NCBI RefSeq assembly: GCF_000010065.1
Contig: NC_006576.1
Coordinates: forward strand, 870,001 to 902,000
Direction: 5' to 3'
Length of the DNA: 32,000 nt
Source of the DNA: Synechococcus elongatus PCC 6301
GTDB lineage: Bacteria; Cyanobacteriota; Cyanobacteriia; Synechococcales; Synechococcaceae
Shown: piece by piece, positions 17,605 to 26,414 of the stretch
Layout of the letters: every line of letters begins with the position of its first letter
Position numbering within the stretch: position 1 is the stretch's first letter
Translations under genes and position numbers: made by a program
Notes under the pieces: generated by a model
What the model was told of the DNA's origin: nothing
Databases searched by the model: none
The model's input: only the letters and a program-made list of their open reading frames with translations

Positions 17605-18161
17605 GGGTTTAGGTCAATACGACTTGCGGTCACTGTAACGTTGCCCTCGGCGGTCACGTTAACGTCGCCTTGGGCTTCGACTTGCGCCTCCTGCACAAGG
17701 ATCACAATCCGTCCTTGGGCTGCGGTGAGGTCGATCTTGTACTCATGCGCTTCGCGGTCGTACTGGATGATTGAGTCATCCTCGAACTGCGTCTTTTGGA
17801 TCGTTTCTTTGTCCTCGATCTGGGGGTAGTCAGTCGAGAACGCGCCGGGCATCGCGAAGCCCTGACTGATCTCGCCGGAGGGGGCCATCACGACGACGGC
17901 CTCACCGACCTCGGGCGCCCACCAGAACCGATCCTTGCCCGCTCGCTGCGTGAGCCACGGAATCCAGTCAGTGAGGAGCAGCGCCTCGCCGCTCTCCTCG
18001 TCTTCCTCGATCGCGACACGGATCAGCCCCTTGGGATAGTCAGCCTCGGCTACCCTGCCTACGCGGAGCAAGTTGCCGTGACGCCGACTGTGATCGCTCG
18101 CTTCGTAGTCGCCGACGCCGGAAGTTGTGGCGTCGCCGCGCTCAAGCCACTGGGGAGCCAT
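17601..18161 (-). CDS. V: Baseplate assembly protein V (spike)
   Basis: Trimmed to internal Met (MAPQWLERGDATTSG) of the 238-aa ORF; RVGRVAEADYPKGLIRVAIEEDEESGEALLLTDWIPWLTQRAGKDRFWWAPEVGEAVVVMAPSGE. Confidence 0.88.
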   Translation of the reverse strand: MAPQWLERGDATTSGVGDYEASDHSRRHGNLLRVGRVAEADYPKGLIRVAIEEDEESGEALLLTDWIPWLTQRAGKDRFWWAPEVGEAVVVMAPSGEISQGFAMPGAFSTDYPQIEDKETIQKTQFEDDSIIQYDREAHEYKIDLTAAQGRIVILVQEAQVEAQGDVNVTAEGNVTVTASRIDLNP

Positions 18162-18384
18162 TGCGTACCGTCGCCCAGAAGTAGACTGCTGTTGCCGGGA
18201 GCTGATCGCGCTGTGGCTTTTCCAGCCGGTTCTCAAGCAGCAGCTTCGCGGCCACAAGCCGCAGCCCTTGGTTGAATGCGTGGCTTGGTTCGGGCAGCGG
18301 CGAGCCGAAAAAGCCACTAGCTGCGGCCAGCGCTGCGTCGAGTGCTTTGGTCAGGCTGTCAGGGTCGGCTGACTGGTAGCCCAT
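18142..18384 (-). CDS. Hypothetical phage protein
   Basis: 80-aa ORF filling the gap upstream of V (MGYQSADPDSLTKALDAALAAASGFFGSPLPEPSHAFNQ). Confidence 0.6.
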   Translation of the reverse strand: MGYQSADPDSLTKALDAALAAASGFFGSPLPEPSHAFNQGLRLVAAKLLLENRLEKPQRDQLPATAVYFWATVRNGSPVA

Positions 18385-18408
18385 AAACTCGCCGATCGCC
18401 GCCGGGGT

Positions 18409-18498
18409 TCACGCCGCGATGGGTGCGGGGGCCGGAGGCGAGGGCGGGGTCGTCGGTTTTGGACGGGGCGGTCGCTTGCGGGATGGTGAAGTCGTCAT
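18409..18498 (-). CDS. Tiny proline-rich ORF
   Basis: 29 aa MTTSPSRKRPPRPKPTTPPSPPAPAPIAA*, ATGA overlap with the preceding gene stop (18495); no homology claim. Confidence 0.35.
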   Translation of the reverse strand: MTTSPSRKRPPRPKPTTPPSPPAPAPIAA

Positions 18499-19133
18499 CG
18501 TGGGGGCACCGGGGGTTGATAAGTTCCTAGGTCTAGGTCGCCAAGGCTGATGTCGGCGGCTGGCATTGGGCAGGCATCCCCCACTTGTTCGCCAGGACAA
18601 CCCGGTAGGATCTGGCCCCCGGGGTAAGCGCCCGATCGCTCAATTGGGCCGACGCCTTCGGCCGCCGCCTCGTCGACGTAGGGGTCGGCGCAATCGCGGT
18701 AAACGGTGAAGTAAGCCACCTCGTAGGTAAGCCGAACCGCACCGATTGGCAGGCTGCCCTCGTAGCTCACATCTAGCTCGGTTTCGGTCAGGCGAAGCTC
18801 AGCGGACTCCATGCCCGCGATCGTCAGGTGCTCGAGCTCGGCCTCGACTTCGCCAGCTAGGTCGTCCAGCACATCGTCGATATCCTGGAGCACCTGGGCG
18901 ACACACTCGACCGCGATCGTGGCTGTGCGCCGGATCGACGAGTTCCAGCCACTGGGAGGATGACCCCGTTCAGGCGAGGGGATCTTCTCCGAGCGGCTGA
19001 GCACCATGATCGCCGGCAGCTCGTCCTCGGTCAGCGTGTTGGTCCGGGACTGAAAGACGCGGTCTTCTGCGGCGGTCTTCTCCATCAGGGCAGCAGCGAT
19101 CGCAGACCGAATCTCTCGGCGACGGTTAGGCAT
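18495..19133 (-). CDS. Minor tail / tail completion-like protein (lambda gpU-like)
   Basis: Trimmed to internal Met (MPNRRREIRSAIAAALMEKTAAEDRVFQSRTNTLTEDELPAIMVLSRSE) of the 237-aa ORF; position after the head-tail joining protein. Confidence 0.65.
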   Translation of the reverse strand: MPNRRREIRSAIAAALMEKTAAEDRVFQSRTNTLTEDELPAIMVLSRSEKIPSPERGHPPSGWNSSIRRTATIAVECVAQVLQDIDDVLDDLAGEVEAELEHLTIAGMESAELRLTETELDVSYEGSLPIGAVRLTYEVAYFTVYRDCADPYVDEAAAEGVGPIERSGAYPGGQILPGCPGEQVGDACPMPAADISLGDLDLGTYQPPVPPR

Positions 19134-19437
19134 TCTGGAGCACCAAAAGCACACCCACGTTGCCGTCTTCCTGCGTCTCCGCAATGCGGTAGTTGACGCC
19201 ACGCACAATCAGGCGATCGCCCACCTTGGGAGTCACGGGAAGGTCAGATAGCCGGATGCCACAGATGGGCTGGTTGCTCTGTACTCCCATGCCGGTATCG
19301 GGGTCGATCATGGCGTGCTTGGACTGAAACACCCCAGGCAGCGTGTAGGTTGCCTCGCCACGCTTGTAGATCACCGGCTCGCCCAGCGTGCGGGTGACAT
19401 GGCCCAGCATCCGATCCATCAGCCTAGGGAAGTCCAT
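19126..19437 (-). CDS. Head-tail joining protein (lambda FII-like)
   Basis: 103 aa; small beta-rich ORF between capsid decoration and tail completion genes; VGDRLIVRGVNYRIAETQEDGNVGVLLVLQ. Confidence 0.65.
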   Translation of the reverse strand: MDFPRLMDRMLGHVTRTLGEPVIYKRGEATYTLPGVFQSKHAMIDPDTGMGVQSNQPICGIRLSDLPVTPKVGDRLIVRGVNYRIAETQEDGNVGVLLVLQNA

Positions 19438-19442
19438 CAGCC

Positions 19443-19772
19443 TTAGACCGTGACGCCGTTCAGTCGAACCACGGCGATCGCATCACTGGAGCCAGCCGCT
19501 TTGATGGCCGCGCCGATCAGGCTGTTGCCCGATGCAGTCGTGGTGACAACCTTGGCGGTGTTATCCCAGTAGACCTTTGCGCCTTGGTTGATCACGCCGG
19601 TCGCCTTGGGCAGTTCGTAAACACCAACGGTCACGAACTCGCCTTCCTGCCCGCTAGTCACGGCGGTTGCTGCCACACCAAACAGAGTGCCAATCAGTGC
19701 ACCGCCGCCAGAGGCGACGTCGTAGGGGGCGATCAGGGGGATGGTATGCCCCGGTTGCGTGTAGTTTTTCAT
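19443..19772 (-). CDS. DUF2190-family capsid decoration/cement protein
   Basis: 109 aa; MKNYTQPGHTIPLIAPYDVASGGGALIGTLFGVAATAVTSGQEGEFVTVGVYELPKA. Confidence 0.85.
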   Translation of the reverse strand: MKNYTQPGHTIPLIAPYDVASGGGALIGTLFGVAATAVTSGQEGEFVTVGVYELPKATGVINQGAKVYWDNTAKVVTTTASGNSLIGAAIKAAGSSDAIAVVRLNGVTV

Positions 19773-19819
19773 GGGTTCCTTGCGTATTTCTGAACTTTGC
19801 TCAGCGCTCAGCTCAGCGC

Positions 19820-21694
19820 TTAGGGGGTCGGATCAACGCCGCTCGACCGATAGAAGCCTCGGTGGTTGATCACTTTGCATGCGAAATCCAAGCGAACCTT
19901 GACCTCCATGCCGTCTACGTCGAAGCCCTCGCGGGTTTCAATCGTGGGGCCACGCTGACCTTCGAGGTAGGCAGCCTCAAGCATGTCAATTTGGCTGGGC
20001 GTAGCCAGAACGTAGAACTGCGGTGAAGCCGTATCTAGTCGCGGCTCGACGATCATCTTCATCGATCGCGAGAACACGTTTACGTTAGCGGTTTCGTTGG
20101 CATTGATCGGCGCCAAGAGTTTTTCAGCCGCCGTTTCTAACGTGCTAGGCACCAACAAGTAACCCGCCGTCAGATTGATGCGGTTGCCCTTCAGGTCTTG
20201 CTGGGTGCGTAGTGCTTGACGGGCTGCTGAGATACCAGCCTCGTTGATGCCGCCAACGCCCACATTTAGGTGGCTTGCGTGGAACAGGGCAATACCGTCA
20301 CCCATTACTGGTTTAGACAGGAAGTTGTCGTAGATTTTTTCGCTTTCAAAATCTGCAACCGCCCGCCCAATCAACTGCACCATCCGGCTTAAAGCGTCGA
20401 GATCGTCGTTGATAACAACTTGTCGGCCGATAGGGACCACTTTCCCGTAAGTTGCTAGGCGGTATTTTTCCAGCCCTTCTGCAAACGGGCTGTCTCGCGT
20501 AAACTCGCCCGCTTCGTTGACGCGATCAAGTTGCAGTCGACCATCGAAGGTGATGACGTTTTTGTCGCGGAAGTCAGGCAGGCTTGTGATACGAGTAAAC
20601 GGAGCCCAGGTTTGAGGCGCTTGCTCGTAGCCTCGAGCCAGAGTTTTGTTGGTGATATCCAACAGGATGTAAGCGAAGTCGCTGGTGGTATGCAGGGCAC
20701 GACCGGCCAGCTCAATCCGAGTCATGCCTTGGGTGTCAATGCCGCGCATCTCGTGCAAGACACGAACTACCTCAATCAGGCTCATGCCCTGATACCGACG
20801 ACCCTTTTCATTCAGGTCGCTGATGCCGGTGCGGGCTTCGAGGGCGTTGGCGATGCCTTCGCGGATAGTGTCGCCACGATCGCGGGTGACGGTGATGGTG
20901 TTGTCGATGATGGGAGCTGCATTGGCGATCGCATCAATCACCGCTTCTCGGGCTTGGTCAAGGGTTGCACCAGACTGGATTAACTGATCCGCCAAGGTCT
21001 GGGGCTGCTTACCACGAGCGACAATTTCGACAATGCTGGCAGCGCGTTTGCGCTCGGCTGCGATCGCTGCGGCGGTGTCGCCAGCGCTGCGCTCTTCAAT
21101 GGGTGCCGGATCAGCCACAGACGGCGTGGCCTGCTCAGGCGCGAGGGTGTTCTCTTCTCCGTCCATGGGGGACTCCTGTTGGGGGTTTGCTCGGACGCTC
21201 GCGGCAGCATCGGCGGGGATCGCCACAAGCGAAAGCTCATGGGGCTCCCAGTCGGTAATCCGATAGGTCATCGGCTCACCGGTCTCGCCTTCGGTTTTTT
21301 CGTAGCGGTGAATCATGTAACCCACGCTCACGTTTCGAACGATGCCGTCTCGGACGTCTCGAAAAATCGGTTCGACTTCAGCTCGACTGCTGAATCGGAC
21401 TAAGGCTCGGCCCTCATTACCGTCGATCCACGCTCGCTCCACCACACCCAATACGCTGCTGAGGTCGTAGGCAGAATGTGAGTTCAGCAACGGTGCGCCG
21501 GAGTTCAGGCGATCGAGCCGCACTGACTCTGGAGCCATGCTTAGCTCCTCGTAGTAGCGGCCATCCCAGCCGTTCCGCAGGACTTTAGCGCCAGTACTCC
21601 AAGTCAGCTCGACCGTTCGCTGCTCCTCGTTGAGAGTGGCAGGAACGAATGAGGCTCGCAGTGTCAACGGTGTAGCAAAGCGTTTCTGTTCCAT
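19820..21694 (-). CDS. HK97-type prohead protease fused to major capsid protein
   Basis: 624 aa; protease domain LNSGAPLLNSHSAYDLSSVLGVVERAW...VSVGYMIHRYEKTEGETG...WEPHELSLVAIPADAAASVR, linker, then capsid domain. Confidence 0.92.
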   Translation of the reverse strand: MEQKRFATPLTLRASFVPATLNEEQRTVELTWSTGAKVLRNGWDGRYYEELSMAPESVRLDRLNSGAPLLNSHSAYDLSSVLGVVERAWIDGNEGRALVRFSSRAEVEPIFRDVRDGIVRNVSVGYMIHRYEKTEGETGEPMTYRITDWEPHELSLVAIPADAAASVRANPQQESPMDGEENTLAPEQATPSVADPAPIEERSAGDTAAAIAAERKRAASIVEIVARGKQPQTLADQLIQSGATLDQAREAVIDAIANAAPIIDNTITVTRDRGDTIREGIANALEARTGISDLNEKGRRYQGMSLIEVVRVLHEMRGIDTQGMTRIELAGRALHTTSDFAYILLDITNKTLARGYEQAPQTWAPFTRITSLPDFRDKNVITFDGRLQLDRVNEAGEFTRDSPFAEGLEKYRLATYGKVVPIGRQVVINDDLDALSRMVQLIGRAVADFESEKIYDNFLSKPVMGDGIALFHASHLNVGVGGINEAGISAARQALRTQQDLKGNRINLTAGYLLVPSTLETAAEKLLAPINANETANVNVFSRSMKMIVEPRLDTASPQFYVLATPSQIDMLEAAYLEGQRGPTIETREGFDVDGMEVKVRLDFACKVINHRGFYRSSGVDPTP

Positions 21695-21716
21695 GCCCTA
21701 GATTTTAGCTCTAGGG

Positions 21717-23180
21717 TCACTGGGGTTGCGACTCTGTCACTGCGATCGCTTCCTGTCGGCGTGGATCTTGGCGCGGGTCGCTATCCAGAACGAGTCCAAG
21801 TTCATCAAAGCGCTTGAGATCCTCGGCCAGTTCAGCAGCCACAGCGTCGGGATCTTCGCCTTGTTCTCGGACTGCTTCAGACCAAGACTTTAGGCCAGCC
21901 CGAACTGCGGCCTTGACGGCTTCAGTTTCCTTGGTAGGGTCGATCATCTCGCGCCGTGGCGGTGTCCAAGTGATTGTCGTGCCGTCTAGCAGCGCTCCAG
22001 TCAGTCCGGCTGCTTCCACAAACCAAGTCCACACTGGGCTGCACATCTGCGGGATCAGCATCTGCCATCGCCAGGTGTCGATGTTGCGGGCAAACTCAAT
22101 GTGGCCCATGCGGCCAGAGGAAAAATTTACCTGAGAGTAATCATTTGTCAGCGACTCGTAGGTGATGCCGTAGCCCGCCGCGATCTTATGCAGTAATTGC
22201 CGGACGTAGGGCTCATAGCCGTCGTTGCTAGGCGGGTTGGCGAAGCGGATGTCGCGCCCGGGCGGCAAGATTTCGACCGCACCGGGTTCTAGGGTGTCGA
22301 TGATTTCGTCGTCATCTGGGGCCAGTTCTGGCGCTTCAGTCTCGACGACAAACGCAGCAAAGCAGGCCGCGATTTTCTGCTTGAGCAGCTGGGCTTTCTC
22401 GTAGTCGTTCAAGTCCTTGACGTCGATCATCACCGGCGACACCCACGGCACGCCGCGCCGTTGACCGGGGCGATCGAGACGGTAGACGTGGGCAATGTCA
22501 GCAGCAGGCACTCGAGATGATTTTAGGGTCGAGGAGCCTGCTGTCGCTTCGCCCGGATGGGTTGGATACAGCCAGTAAGCAACGCGCTGGCCACTAGCAT
22601 CTAGCTCAATGCCTTGCACGATTTTGCGGTTGCCCCCCAGATCTGCATCACGGGTGACGTCTAGGTGCTCTGGTTCCAGCAACTGCAGTTGCAGCGGTAC
22701 GGGCAGTCCGTCCTTGGCTTGGCGCGGCAGCTTGCGAATCAGCACCTCGCCGGACTCGACGATCGTTTTCATTGCCAGTGCCTGCAGCCCGTGGAAGTCG
22801 TGGCGGCCATCGGCATCGCAGAGGGTCGAGCCAGCCCATGCCTCCCACAGTTTTTTGGCAGCTAGGTCACGGCGTTTGGAACTGTGCTTGGGTTGCCCAA
22901 CAATGCCTGCGCCGACGACATTGGAGACGATGACATCTCGTGCCCTCAGCGCCCAGCCGTTGTTCTGTGATAGGTCGCGCGATCGCTCTCGCAGCTTGGG
23001 TGAGTCGCGGGCGATCTCGGTGTTGGCGCTGCTGCCTTGGGTCGTCCAACCAGCTGTACGCCGCCCACCCTTTGCGCCGTCGTAACCGCGCACCCGTTCT
23101 AGGGTTAGCCGTGCCCGCTCTCGTTCTAGCGCGGCTTTGGGGCTGACCCAGGCGATTAGGTCGTCCAGCAGGTTGGGCAT
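21717..23180 (-). CDS. Phage portal protein, lambda family
   Basis: 487 aa; VRGYDGAKGGRRTAGW...ARDVIVSNVVGAGIVGQP...LYPTHPGEA...IAHVYRLDRPGQRRGVPWVSPVM. Confidence 0.96.
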   Translation of the reverse strand: MPNLLDDLIAWVSPKAALERERARLTLERVRGYDGAKGGRRTAGWTTQGSSANTEIARDSPKLRERSRDLSQNNGWALRARDVIVSNVVGAGIVGQPKHSSKRRDLAAKKLWEAWAGSTLCDADGRHDFHGLQALAMKTIVESGEVLIRKLPRQAKDGLPVPLQLQLLEPEHLDVTRDADLGGNRKIVQGIELDASGQRVAYWLYPTHPGEATAGSSTLKSSRVPAADIAHVYRLDRPGQRRGVPWVSPVMIDVKDLNDYEKAQLLKQKIAACFAAFVVETEAPELAPDDDEIIDTLEPGAVEILPPGRDIRFANPPSNDGYEPYVRQLLHKIAAGYGITYESLTNDYSQVNFSSGRMGHIEFARNIDTWRWQMLIPQMCSPVWTWFVEAAGLTGALLDGTTITWTPPRREMIDPTKETEAVKAAVRAGLKSWSEAVREQGEDPDAVAAELAEDLKRFDELGLVLDSDPRQDPRRQEAIAVTESQPQ

Positions 23181-23389
23181 CAGCGATCGCTCTGGTCAGG
23201 ACGGTACTGGATGTAGCGGCGCGTTGTGGTGCGGCCCTTTCCAAGCAACTCTTTCCGCATCAGGTCGCGAGCCTGCAACATCTGAGACAAGGTTTTGTAG
23301 CGAACGCGCTTGTCACCGTAAGCGACCTCATCACAGCCGCTAGCGATCGCGGCCTCTAGCGCTTGCAAGTCTTCTTGGGTAAAGGCCAT
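23180..23389 (-). CDS. Head-tail connector gpW-like
   Basis: 69 aa; MAFTQEDLQALEAAIASGCDEVAYGDKRVRYKTLSQMLQARDLMRKEL; between portal and terminase. Confidence 0.9.
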   Translation of the reverse strand: MAFTQEDLQALEAAIASGCDEVAYGDKRVRYKTLSQMLQARDLMRKELLGKGRTTTRRYIQYRPDQSDR

Positions 23390-23469
23390 GAACTCAGGTT
23401 TCGACGCTACTCACATTCTAGTGGGCGCGAGAATGGGGCTGGGTGACGGCGACAAAAAACCAAAACAGG

Positions 23470-23509
23470 CCTCAAGGCCAGTCATAGCCTCAAAAAAAGT
23501 GGCCACTTT
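23470..23509. repeat. Left arm of a 40-bp inverted repeat flanking the large terminase gene
   Basis: cctcaaggccagtcatagcctcaaaaaaagtggccacttt; contains perfect palindrome AAAGTGGCCACTTT (23496-23509). Confidence 0.9.
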
Positions 23510-23516
23510 CTTTGGA

Positions 23517-25397
23517 CTACTCACTCAGCCAGCCCGATCGCCGCTTGCGTTGAACCTTGGTAGCTGGCTTGCTGGGTTGCTGCAGGTGTGTCGCATCCAT
23601 CAGCGATCGCGCGATCTCCTGCCAGCGCTCCGCAGGCCAGCGGTCCAGCCCCATCGCCGTCGCCGCTGCTCTCGCATAGACCCGGCAGTCCAGAGCCTCG
23701 TTGCGCGGCCTTGTCTTCACCCACTCGTAGCGCTTAAAGCCTTTCACCAACCTGAATTGCAGCTCCTCAGCCGTCAGCTGCGCGAAATACTCCTCGCCGT
23801 ACTGCGGGAAGTGCATGAACCCCCTCGGGTACGGGTCGCAGTCATTCAGTGGCGGGTCTAGTCGCAGCCAGCCATACAGCTCGCTCTTCGCCACACTCAC
23901 ACCCACTGGCCAGAGCCGGATGCCGCCCTTGATCGTCTTGCCCTTCAGGCTCACATCCTGCAGTTTCGGCGTGCCCAAAATCGTCGTCAGCGTGTCACGT
24001 CCCTTGATTGGAATCACTCGACTCACCGACTGCTTCCGGCACCAGGCGTAGACCTCCATCGTGTTGTAGCCCGTGTCTACACAAACCTTGCCAATCGGTA
24101 GCTCACCCCCACCTATCCGTGGATAGGTGCGCGCCAACTGCTTCTCCAGTTCAGCCCACGGGGCAGCCGTCGCCGTGTCGCCCTGGATGACGACGTACTC
24201 AACCGACCAGCTCTCAAGGTTTGGCCCCCAGGCCACCACTTCCAGCTCGATGCGATCGCTTTGCACGTCCACACCCGCCGTCAGCACCAAGCCGCCTGGC
24301 GGCACCGTTGCGATCGCGTAGTCCTCGCGTCGTCGGTACAGCTGCTCCCAGTCAGGCGCTTCGCCAGCCTCAGCCCAGCACTCGCCCAGAACCGTGTTGA
24401 CAAACACTCGCTGCTGTTCGTCAGTCTTTGCGTTGACCCACATCCGCACCGCATCGCGCCAACTGAACCAACCCAGTGGCGAATACAGGCTGCTCAAGTG
24501 GTAGCCACGCACCGCGCTGTCAGGGCTCTCCGGCACCCAGCGACCAGCGGCCAGCATCTTCGGCTTGTGCCGTTCCTCAATGCCCGTTCCGCAGTGCTCG
24601 CACATCAGCACTGGCGCGATGCTGAGGTCGTTCGGGTCGTAGTGAATCCGGTCCCAAGCGATCGCCTGGTACTCACCGCAGTGCGGGCAGGGCACCTGAT
24701 AGCGACGCTGATCCGACAGCTCCCACTCCCGCCAAATTCGGCTGACCCCAGCCCGCGTCGGCGTACTCACCAGCAGAATCTTGCGGCGGCTAAACGTCCG
24801 CGTCCGCGCCTCAGCCAGCCCAATTGGGTCGCCCTCCCCGTCCACATCGCCCGGATAGGCGTCCACCTCATCCGCAAACAACCGCGCGATCGGCATCGAC
24901 CGCAGGCCTGCTGCGCTGTTTGCCCCCGCTAGCAACACGATTCCCCCCGGGAACTCCTTCGACAGCACACTGTTGCCACTGTCCCGCTCCCTAGCTGGCC
25001 GAACCTTTGCTTTCAGGCGTGGCGTCTCATCAATCAACGGCTGCAGCCGTTGCCGGCTGAACCGTTTAGCGATGTCCACCGTCGGCTGAATCACCAGCAT
25101 CGGCGCGGGCGTCAAGTCGATGGTGTAGCCAATCCAGTTACAGCCCGCCTCAGATCCACCGATTTGTGAGCCTTTGACAAACACAATCTTTTCGACAGAG
25201 CTGGTAGCCCCAAGGTTGTCCATAATCTCCGCCAGATACGGAGTCCGGCTCGTGCGCCAGCGACCAGGCTCAGCCGAGGCACGCTGCGACAGGAACCGGA
25301 ACTGATCAGCCCAGTCACTCACCGACAAAATCGGGTCAGGCCTCAGTCCCTCCAAGAAACCTTGGAGGCAAATGTCAGTTGCAGTAGCGATCGCCAT
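23517..25397 (-). CDS. Terminase large subunit, GpA family
   Basis: 626 aa; VFVKGSQIGGSEAGCNWIGYTIDLTPAPMLVIQPTVDIAKRFSRQRLQPLI (Walker region), LFADEVDAYP, LTAGVDVQSDRIELEVVAW. Confidence 0.97.
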   Translation of the reverse strand: MAIATATDICLQGFLEGLRPDPILSVSDWADQFRFLSQRASAEPGRWRTSRTPYLAEIMDNLGATSSVEKIVFVKGSQIGGSEAGCNWIGYTIDLTPAPMLVIQPTVDIAKRFSRQRLQPLIDETPRLKAKVRPARERDSGNSVLSKEFPGGIVLLAGANSAAGLRSMPIARLFADEVDAYPGDVDGEGDPIGLAEARTRTFSRRKILLVSTPTRAGVSRIWREWELSDQRRYQVPCPHCGEYQAIAWDRIHYDPNDLSIAPVLMCEHCGTGIEERHKPKMLAAGRWVPESPDSAVRGYHLSSLYSPLGWFSWRDAVRMWVNAKTDEQQRVFVNTVLGECWAEAGEAPDWEQLYRRREDYAIATVPPGGLVLTAGVDVQSDRIELEVVAWGPNLESWSVEYVVIQGDTATAAPWAELEKQLARTYPRIGGGELPIGKVCVDTGYNTMEVYAWCRKQSVSRVIPIKGRDTLTTILGTPKLQDVSLKGKTIKGGIRLWPVGVSVAKSELYGWLRLDPPLNDCDPYPRGFMHFPQYGEEYFAQLTAEELQFRLVKGFKRYEWVKTRPRNEALDCRVYARAAATAMGLDRWPAERWQEIARSLMDATHLQQPSKPATKVQRKRRSGWLSE

Positions 25398-25631
25398 CTG
25401 TATTACTCTCCAGAACAGGTCTCAAACCCGCATCAACACTGAGTTTCTTTTGGGCACTTTTCTGCAAACTGGCCAGAATTTGAGGCTGAGAATGCATGCT
25501 AAAACTGGGTTTGTGGAGCTTCATATGTTGTCTGAGAGTGCAAAAAAGCAAGCTCAGTTGAGCAACTTTCATTTCGCTTAGCTCAAAGAATTTCTGGGCT
25601 GAATATCTTGGACAGAAATCAACGAAAGGTC

Positions 25632-25652
25632 GGGGCCGGCGGCCCCTTTTTT
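25632..25652 (+). terminator. GC-rich hairpin plus T6, reads as a plus-strand intrinsic terminator
   Basis: GGGGCC-GGC-GGCCCC-TTTTTT in the terS-terL gap. Confidence 0.5.
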
Positions 25653-25683
25653 GATGCCAAAACCCTTGCTATGACTGAGTTCA

Positions 25684-25723
25684 AAAGTGGCCACTTTTTT
25701 TCAAGCTATGACTGGCTTTGAGG
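25684..25723. repeat. Right arm of the 40-bp inverted repeat flanking the large terminase gene
   Basis: Reverse complement of aaagtggccactttttttcaagctatgactggctttgagg matches 23470-23509 with 3 mismatches; palindrome at 25684-25697; overlaps the terS stop codon. Confidence 0.9.
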
Positions 25724-26245
25724 GGGGAGTTCCTCGGGCCCTGCCAGCTCTTCCAGCGCCTGGACCAGCTCTCGCTGCAGACACAGCAAGATTTCGTGGC
25801 GTTGATTCTCGTCCAACTCGCCAGCGATCGCTCGCACCTCATCCACAATCCGAATCGGCACGTTCAGGATGGCGTCTCGCACCCGTCTCGCATGGCTGAA
25901 CCAAGTTACCCGCACGTCTTCAGCGCTCACTAGCTGGCCAGCCCGCTCCTCATAGTCCAGCTGCGCCAGCTTGGCAAGGTAATACTCCCGCTCAGCTTTC
26001 GACTCATTCAGCCCAGGCAGGCTGCTGTCTTCAGGCTCCGCCACTACACGCGGCGCTTTGCTCTTGTGGTGATTCACGTTAGTGTTCTGAGACCATTCAC
26101 GGTCCGCTTGAGCGGGGTCAATCTCCCAGCGCTGCCCCACTTTCACCGCAGACGGCAAACGCCCTGATTGAATCGCCTCAAGCACACCCTTGTGCGAGAC
26201 GTTCCGCATCCGTGCATACGCTCTAGCGCTCACCCGCTGCGACAT
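25706..26245 (-). CDS. Terminase small subunit (Nu1-like, excisionase-type N-terminal DNA-binding domain)
   Basis: ~179 aa; SARAYARMRNVSHKGVLEAIQSGRLPSAVKVGQRWEIDPAQADREW; ATG at 26245 (the track start at 26248 is TTG). Confidence 0.88.
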   Translation of the reverse strand: MSQRVSARAYARMRNVSHKGVLEAIQSGRLPSAVKVGQRWEIDPAQADREWSQNTNVNHHKSKAPRVVAEPEDSSLPGLNESKAEREYYLAKLAQLDYEERAGQLVSAEDVRVTWFSHARRVRDAILNVPIRIVDEVRAIAGELDENQRHEILLCLQRELVQALEELAGPEELPPQSQS

Positions 26246-26414
26246 CAAACGCTCAAAACCTAGGCTGTGACTGCATTCTAGCTGGATTCAAAACTGCAGT
26301 GTTAACGACACATTAGCTCAGCTTATCGGCAGCGCTGGGAAGTACCACGAAAGGCTATCGCTAACTCGTTTTGGCGGCTTCGTGACGCCGCACGCTAGAC
26401 CTTTCAGGAGGAAC

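Noticed and set aside
25375-25572. 65-aa minus-strand and 69-aa plus-strand ORFs (25372..25581) in the terS-terL gap
   Set aside because: No family, no coupling to neighbours, overlap with the terL start; the region looks more like a regulatory/non-coding gap. Not excluded as genes.
23470-25723. Reading the 40-bp inverted repeats as transposon terminal repeats
   Set aside because: No transposase within the bracketed 2.25 kb (it holds terL), and no target-site duplication seen outside the arms; kept only as an alternative hypothesis.
26281-26414. Possible tRNA suggested by small stems (GCGGC...GCCGC)
   Set aside because: No complete cloverleaf, anticodon arm or T-loop consensus could be assembled by eye; tRNAscan-SE would settle it.
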